Part shown: in pieces, positions 33,440 to 39,091 of the stretch | How positions within the stretch are numbered: position 1 is the stretch's first letter | Layout: each line of letters begins with the position of its first letter | Origin: a virus | Lineage: Duplodnaviria; Caudoviricetes | Length of the DNA: 39,091 bases | Reading direction: 5' to 3' (one strand) | Virus record (IMG/VR): IMGVR_UViG_3300048890_000088 | Location: 1 to 39,091 of that record | Made by a program: the position numbers and the translations under genes | Notes under the pieces: model-generated | Told to the model about the DNA's origin: nothing | Database searches by the model: none | Seen by the model: only the letters and a program-made list of their open reading frames with translations

Positions 33440-34761
33440 TGCCGATCCTCCCGGGTCTCCTCGGCTCCCCGACGCTGAACAAGCTCACGCGGCGGAGCCG
33501 CCTGCTCTTCCACTGGCGCGCCCGCGACCTGTCCCTGGCGCCTCTGACGGGGCAGAGCCCGACCTTCAGCCGTGCCAGCGCGGGCGGGGCGATCACCGAT
33601 CGGAATGGCGGCCTCTTCGTCCCTGTCCACAGTCAGCCCCGATTCCAGATGATGGATACGGATGGGGATGGCATTCTCGACGGGGCGGGCCTGCTCCTCG
33701 AGTACGCCCGGACCAACCTCGCGCTCTGGTCCTGCGACTTCTCGCAGGCGTCATGGGCGGGCGGGGCCGACTTCACGCAGAGCAACGTCACCTCGCTCCT
33801 GCCGGGGCAGGTCGGGCGGAAGATGGTCAACCTGAATGCGCTCGCGGCGCGTTCGCGCTCGCAGGCGATCGGCACCCTGTCCGCCGCCGGGGATGTCGTC
33901 TTCGTGATCGTCGAGAATATCAACGCGGACACGACCGACATCTCGCTCTTCGACACCACGGGGGCCGCGCACGTCTGCCGCGGCACGTTCACCTGGGCCA
34001 CCCGCAGTATGGCCATCGGTGCCGGCAGCGGGACCCTCTTCGCAGTGAAGCTGGCGGAAGTCGGTCCCAATGGAGGACCGACCTACTTGCTCGGCGCCGC
34101 CGGCCTCGGCTCGGCCGGCAACACCCGGACCCTGTTGTTCTACCCGACCGGGGTCACGCAGAACGGGAAAGCGGTCATCGTCCATCATGCGCAGCTCGAG
34201 GGGGGGTTGATCTACCCGAGCTCGCCGATCGTCACCGGCGCCGGCTCGGTGGCCCGGTCGACCGATCGCCTCACCTATCCCTTGAATCTCGGTCCCCTCG
34301 CGGCCGGGACCGACGATTTCACCTTCTATGCGCGATTCGCCCGGCCGACGCATGCCGATGCGAGCGGCAACATCGTTGATCTCCCTGGGATCCTGAGCCT
34401 CGGTGGGGCCCAGGCCGACCTGCGGCTGTACTTCAACAATTCCTCGCGGATCCTTCAGGCGGTCGCCCGGGATGGAGCCGGCGTGACCGCCATTGCGGGG
34501 CCGAACATCCCCGCCGGCGCGGTCCTCGAGGTCCTCGCCCAGTTCAAGGACCTGACCACCAACCCCGCCGTCGCGACGGACACCGGCTCTGGCCTCTCGG
34601 CCTATGTCACGAACAGCCTCGCCCCGATCGCGTCGTTCGGGACGCCCTTGATCGGTGTCGGCGAGATGAACAATGGCGCGCAGAAGCTCGGGGCGCCGTT
34701 CTTCTCGGCGAAGATCGCGAACGCGCTGCTCACGATGGACCAGATGCGGCAGGCCTTCTGA
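33439..34761 (+). CDS. fiber/spike protein with a carbohydrate-binding-like fold
   Basis: TFSRAS...QPRF...GLLLE..RTNL.L.S.DF...AQLE.G..PSS.I.T, typical of phage spike/fiber proteins. Confidence 0.6.
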   Translation: MPILPGLLGSPTLNKLTRRSRLLFHWRARDLSLAPLTGQSPTFSRASAGGAITDRNGGLFVPVHSQPRFQMMDTDGDGILDGAGLLLEYARTNLALWSCDFSQASWAGGADFTQSNVTSLLPGQVGRKMVNLNALAARSRSQAIGTLSAAGDVVFVIVENINADTTDISLFDTTGAAHVCRGTFTWATRSMAIGAGSGTLFAVKLAEVGPNGGPTYLLGAAGLGSAGNTRTLLFYPTGVTQNGKAVIVHHAQLEGGLIYPSSPIVTGAGSVARSTDRLTYPLNLGPLAAGTDDFTFYARFARPTHADASGNIVDLPGILSLGGAQADLRLYFNNSSRILQAVARDGAGVTAIAGPNIPAGAVLEVLAQFKDLTTNPAVATDTGSGLSAYVTNSLAPIASFGTPLIGVGEMNNGAQKLGAPFFSAKIANALLTMDQMRQAF

Positions 34762-35039
34762 TGCGCGCGTTCTACCGTCTCCCGCTGCAGGTCCTCGAGG
34801 GCGTGCTCCCCTCGCTGACGGAGATTGCCGGCGGCGTGGTGCTGTCGAGCACGGCGTCGACGGCCTGGCTGCTCGCGGAAGTCGACCCGAGCCTGGTCCT
34901 CGAGGTTCTCGGGGCCGTGCGCCTCGGCGCGCGGCTGTCGGAGCTCGACCCCGGCGATCGCGCGGCCTGTGAGAACCCGGACCAGCCTGGCGTCCCGCGC
35001 ACGATCTTCGCCGGGGACGCGCTCGAGGACTACACCTGA
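34761..35039 (+). CDS. hypothetical tail-associated protein
   Basis: Overlapping start and stop at both ends. Confidence 0.6.
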   Translation: MRAFYRLPLQVLEGVLPSLTEIAGGVVLSSTASTAWLLAEVDPSLVLEVLGAVRLGARLSELDPGDRAACENPDQPGVPRTIFAGDALEDYT

Positions 35040-38000
35040 TGCTGCTCGCGCGCCGGGTTGAAATCTGGGACAATCGGCAGTCCGCCGGCGGCGCCCGCCT
35101 GGCCGTCATCCCCGACGATATCGTCGTGCAGGAGACCCGGAGCGTGGCGGCCGAGGAGTCGCTGGCCTGCACCATTCCGATCCTGTCGGCCGCCGCGAGC
35201 GCGCTCCTCGAGCGGCGGATCCTCCGGTGCGACTATAGCGATACGGTCTTCGATGAATGGCGGATCAGCCAGATAACCGAGCGTCGCACCGCGGCCGGCG
35301 AGCTCCTCCTCGACGTGACTGGTGTGCCGATCCTCCAGGACCTGGCCGAGGACTGCGTCGTCGGTCGCGCGGAGGCCGATGGTTCCGTCGTCTATGATTT
35401 CGAGGCGCTGAGCCTCACTCCCACGCAGATCATCAACACCTTCATCCTCCCGGCCCTGACGGCCGAGGGGATCACCGACGTGGCGCTCGGCACGATCGAT
35501 CCGACCGCGGCCGTCGACGTGGTCTTCAGCTGGGACACCCCGCTCTCGGCGCTGCGGAAGCTCGCCCAGGTCACGAGCTGCGAGCTGCGCCTGCGCCGGA
35601 ATGGGACGAGCCAGTACCTCGTCGACCTCCTCGTCCAGATCGGTGCCGGTGCCACGGTGCCGGATCTCCGGTTCGGGAAGAACCTTCCCTGGCTCACGCG
35701 CGATCGGAATACGGTGGACTTTGCGACTCGCTGCCAGCCGCAGGGGGCGCAGACGGATTCGCTGTATGCCTCGATGGCCGGGGCGCGCTGGAAGGTCACG
35801 GCGATCGCAGGCACCGATATCACCCTGGCGGATCCGGCGGGCGGGGATCCCCCGATCGCGTTCGACAACCAGCTCAACGGCGCCTACCTCCGAACCGTCG
35901 GCGGGTCGCTGACCCTGATCTCCGCGTCCGTGGCCTCGACTCAGAAGGTCACCGTTGCCTCGGCGGCCGGCATCACCGTCAACGATATCATCGAGTTCCG
36001 CAAGGATTCAGCCGGTACGGCGCTGACCTGGCTTACCAACCCGGCCGCGGTGACGCTCTACGGGCGTCGCGTCCAAGTCCTCCCCCGCCCCGATCTCCCG
36101 CCCACGATCAACCTGATCGCCAACCCGGCCGAGCGGAACTATGCCGGCGCGTCGTCTGCGCCGGATGGCTTCGAGACGCTTGGCGCCCCGACGCTCACGC
36201 GCACCTCGACGCCGGCGCGATGGCGGGTGGGCGGCTTCTCCTGCCGGATCCAGGGGACGAATGACGGCGATGGCATCGGGACGGCGTACACCACCTTCGC
36301 GCCGACCGCGACGCTCCCCTACTTCTCGGGCTTCGTGAGCTTCTGGCTCGAGGCCGGCCGGGTGCGGGTCGAACTGATCGCCGCGGCGGCCACCCAGAGC
36401 GTCACGCTGACCCGCAGCGGGACCACGGTCACAGTGGCCTATGGCGGGGCGCATGGCCTCACCGCGGGCCGCCTGGTCGAGATCCTGGGCGCGAACGAGA
36501 CCCAGTACAACGGGATCTGGGTGATCCTCGCCGTCCCGACCAGCTCGACCCTCACCTATACGATCGCCACGACGCCGGCCACGCCGGCCACGGGCACGAT
36601 CACGGCGGCCGAGGTCTGGCGGCTCCCGAACGGCACCGAGGGACGGGCCTGGAGCGACCAGACCAAGACGTGGGTCGATCTCGGCGTCGCCGGGATCGAT
36701 CTCAATGCGTTGGCAGCCACCCGCGCGAAGCTCCGCGTGATGCAGGATGGCACCACCGCCACGGATTGCTATGCCGACGACTTCCAGCTCACCCAGTCGG
36801 ACGGCCAGCAGTCGTTCCTCGAGGGCGCGGGACCGACGAAACTCTGGCAGGCCGCGAACGCCTATCTCGTGTTGCATCAGCAGCCGGCGATCGCCTACTC
36901 CTGCGCCTGGCTCGACCTCTTCCAGCTCGATCCGACGGTCTGGGCGTTCGAGGACCTGACACTCGGCGGGGCGGTCAACATCCGGGACGAGGCGCTCAAT
37001 ATCACGGCCGCGACCCGAGTGTTGGGCTATCAGCGCGACGTGCGGCTCCCCGGCACGGTGCAGCTCGTCCTCTCGACACAGCCGGAGGACTACACCGACC
37101 AGCAGCTGAAGCCGCGCCTCCCCCCGCGCAAGATCGCGGACGCGACGATCGATCAGGCCCTGCGTGCATCGGCGCTCCTCCTGCCGCTCGCGTCGACGCC
37201 GACGGTCGTCCAGGCGCGCCTCGCGGCGAACGTGCCGAGCGCAACGCTGTACTACTGGCTCGGGGACCTGGGCGAGCTTCCGCCGCCGCTCACGACGGTC
37301 CAGGCGGGCAGTCCCACCGGCACGATCTGGGGGACTTATAGTGCGCCATTCACGATCAATCGCAATCAGAGCGTGGACCTGATGCTGCACGTCTACGCGC
37401 GGCGGGGCAACCAGCGGAGCGAGGTGTACACCGTCGTGATCGACCGCGATTCCACCCCGAGCGCCACGTTGACCCTCAGTGAGCCGGTCGGCGGCACGCT
37501 CCGCACTTCCTTTGATCCCGACGATGACACGGTCTGGATCGAGGTCTATCGCAAGAAGAATGGCGCCGGGAACGGGTACCCGACGACCGACAACAACAGT
37601 ACTGGGCCGCTCGATACCGCCCAGAAGGTGGCGAGCATCAGCGTCAGCGTCGATGGCGGCGGCGTCGACAAGAGTGGCAACGCGATCGCCGGCGCCGCGG
37701 TCCCGGATGAGACCGGCTATGTCAACACCGATGTGGTGAAAGTGATCCTGGTCCCGATGGACCGCCTCGGGAACGTCGGTGCGCGCGTGCTGGCGACGCG
37801 CACGATGGCTGGGGCCGTCTCGCCGGTATTGACGGCCCGTTCGGTCTCGCGCACGAACAGCGGCTCGGCCTGCGACACCACCAACGGGGTGCAGTACACG
37901 TTCACCTGGACGCCGAACGCCGGCGTCACGAACGTCGGCAATGACGTTGTGGTCTCGGCCATGGTCAATGGGACCGATGAGTATACGGCGACCGAGGCCT

Positions 38001-38173
38001 CGCCGGTCACGAATACCTCGAAGACACTGCGGATCCCCTACAAGACCTCCTCGGGGAAGTTTGATCCGACCATCTCGGTCGCGCTCTCGATCCGCCTCCT
38101 CGACTCTGGAGGCTCCGTGATTCAGACTGAGGCGATAACCACCGATGCCTTCCAATCCATTTGCGGGCTTTAG
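35039..38173 (+). CDS. baseplate hub/Tal-like tail-tip protein with multiple beta domains
   Basis: N-terminal hub region (FGKNL..L.R...T...TR..P.G), AHGL..G..V.I.G....YNG domain, Thr-rich beta C-terminus. Confidence 0.75.
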   Translation: MLLARRVEIWDNRQSAGGARLAVIPDDIVVQETRSVAAEESLACTIPILSAAASALLERRILRCDYSDTVFDEWRISQITERRTAAGELLLDVTGVPILQDLAEDCVVGRAEADGSVVYDFEALSLTPTQIINTFILPALTAEGITDVALGTIDPTAAVDVVFSWDTPLSALRKLAQVTSCELRLRRNGTSQYLVDLLVQIGAGATVPDLRFGKNLPWLTRDRNTVDFATRCQPQGAQTDSLYASMAGARWKVTAIAGTDITLADPAGGDPPIAFDNQLNGAYLRTVGGSLTLISASVASTQKVTVASAAGITVNDIIEFRKDSAGTALTWLTNPAAVTLYGRRVQVLPRPDLPPTINLIANPAERNYAGASSAPDGFETLGAPTLTRTSTPARWRVGGFSCRIQGTNDGDGIGTAYTTFAPTATLPYFSGFVSFWLEAGRVRVELIAAAATQSVTLTRSGTTVTVAYGGAHGLTAGRLVEILGANETQYNGIWVILAVPTSSTLTYTIATTPATPATGTITAAEVWRLPNGTEGRAWSDQTKTWVDLGVAGIDLNALAATRAKLRVMQDGTTATDCYADDFQLTQSDGQQSFLEGAGPTKLWQAANAYLVLHQQPAIAYSCAWLDLFQLDPTVWAFEDLTLGGAVNIRDEALNITAATRVLGYQRDVRLPGTVQLVLSTQPEDYTDQQLKPRLPPRKIADATIDQALRASALLLPLASTPTVVQARLAANVPSATLYYWLGDLGELPPPLTTVQAGSPTGTIWGTYSAPFTINRNQSVDLMLHVYARRGNQRSEVYTVVIDRDSTPSATLTLSEPVGGTLRTSFDPDDDTVWIEVYRKKNGAGNGYPTTDNNSTGPLDTAQKVASISVSVDGGGVDKSGNAIAGAAVPDETGYVNTDVVKVILVPMDRLGNVGARVLATRTMAGAVSPVLTARSVSRTNSGSACDTTNGVQYTFTWTPNAGVTNVGNDVVVSAMVNGTDEYTATEASPVTNTSKTLRIPYKTSSGKFDPTISVALSIRLLDSGGSVIQTEAITTDAFQSICGL

Positions 38174-38185
38174 AAAGGAGGCACG

Positions 38186-38503
38186 ATGGCTGAAGGCGAG
38201 ATGGTCCCGCGGAACGAGTTCAACAACGCGATGCACGCCTACCGGCGCAGCCTCGAGGATCTCAAGGACAGCCTCACCGAGCGGCTTACCCGCATCGAGG
38301 CGAAGCAGGACAGTGGGGCGGCCGACAAGCTCACCGAGGCCGAGGAGCGCGGTCGGACGAAGCAGCGTCTCGACGACCTCGAGAGGCGCGAGGCGGCCCG
38401 CGATCGGAAGGTCTGGGCGCTGATCCTCCTCGGGCTCACCGGGGCCCTGGCGGGTCTCAAGGTCTGGCTCGCCTCGGTGTTCGCCCGCGGAGGCGCTCCA
38501 TGA
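38186..38503 (+). CDS. coiled-coil protein with C-terminal TM (holin/antiholin-like)
   Basis: SD AAAGGAGG; TM VWALILLGLTGALAGLKVWL. Confidence 0.6.
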   Translation: MAEGEMVPRNEFNNAMHAYRRSLEDLKDSLTERLTRIEAKQDSGAADKLTEAEERGRTKQRLDDLERREAARDRKVWALILLGLTGALAGLKVWLASVFARGGAP

Positions 38504-38823
38504 AGCTGCCTTGGCTCCTCCAGCTCGTCTGGGATCCCCCGACCGCTCTGGATATGCGCGATCGCCGCGGCCGGGTCGACCACGGGAAGGTGATCGGCTT
38601 CGTCGGCTTCCTGGCGATGTACATCCTGATCTGGTTCGGGCTCCTGCCATCGATCGGGCATACGATCGCGCTCCTCTCGGCGATCTTCGGCTGGGCGGCG
38701 TGGCGGACCTTCCTGGCGTCCAAGGCGGTGACCAGCTCCGAGACGGTCACCCGCGATGTGAAGGAAGTCCTCCAGCGCCGGGCGGTCGACGGCGACGGCG
38801 TCACCTCGGAGCCCAGCCCGTGA
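38500..38823 (+). CDS. holin (putative)
   Basis: Two TM segments and a charged C-terminus; directly before the endolysin. Confidence 0.6.
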   Translation: MKLPWLLQLVWDPPTALDMRDRRGRVDHGKVIGFVGFLAMYILIWFGLLPSIGHTIALLSAIFGWAAWRTFLASKAVTSSETVTRDVKEVLQRRAVDGDGVTSEPSP

Positions 38824-39091
38824 CCGTCACGATCGCGGATCCCATCGCGGCGCTCCTGGCCGAGTGCGCGCGGTACGCCAAGGTGGTCGAGGCCACCCCG
38901 AACCGGGGGGTCGAGATCGACTACTGGGTCAGGGAGGCCGGGCTGGATCCCGCCGGCCGCTTCCCCTGGTGCATGGCCTTCGTGAGCGCGGTGGGGCGCC
39001 AGGCGGTCGGGGCCGCGTGGCCCCTGCCCCGGCTCGCCGGCGTGCAGCTGATGGTCGACCACGCGAACGCGGCCGGGCTCCTGCCGGTGGA
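38820..39091 (+). CDS. CHAP-domain endolysin, 5' part (continues to 356)
   Basis: GTG overlaps the holin stop; EATPNRGVEIDYW...PWCMAFV. Confidence 0.85.
   Translation, partial: MTVTIADPIAALLAECARYAKVVEATPNRGVEIDYWVREAGLDPAGRFPWCMAFVSAVGRQAVGAAWPLPRLAGVQLMVDHANAAGLLPV
38965..39091. repeat. 127-bp terminal direct repeat (copy 2)
   Basis: Identical to 1-127. Confidence 0.95.

Noticed and set aside
5859-38650. Long antisense ORFs (e.g. 5859-7706, 9172-10833, 14821-16554, 27222-29204, 36008-38650)
   Set aside because: Shadow frames of GC-rich genes on the opposite strand; no recognisable motifs.
38965-39091. Biological terminal repeat or att site
   Set aside because: Exactly 127 bp and in the middle of a gene; best explained as assembler overlap of a circular contig.
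1-39091. CRISPR array, DGR/retron or alternative genetic code
   Set aside because: No repeat-spacer array or reverse transcriptase seen; genes end normally at TGA, TAG and TAA.

Overview
The window is a complete, circularly assembled, GC-rich temperate siphovirus-type phage genome of about 38,964 bp; bases 1-127 repeat exactly at 38965-39091. The host is tentatively Gemmatimonadota-like, inferred from an Ig-like lipoprotein. In order, it carries: (1) the end of the lysis cassette (CHAP endolysin crossing the origin, DUF6527-like gene, spanin candidate); (2) a leftward accessory region with a DUF4258 toxin, a DUF2283-HTH antitoxin, a stand-alone WYL gene, structured non-coding DNA, an atypical tRNA-Thr, an SD-led MKPP minigene, membrane proteins and a lipoprotein; (3) a CI/Cro-like switch; (4) recombination and replication genes (SSAP, Gp157, initiator, DnaB, ParB, DUF5131, large serine recombinase, VRR-NUC); (5) packaging, head (with an fMet-like tRNA), tail and holin genes. 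The most novel-looking signals are a possible single-protein spanin ending in a beta-barrel (BAM) signal, the toxin-antitoxin-WYL/sRNA/minigene/tRNA locus, two late promoter-attenuator leaders sharing one alternative-pairing design, a dispersed operator motif and a poly-G switch. All family assignments are by-eye motif recognition; no searches were run.
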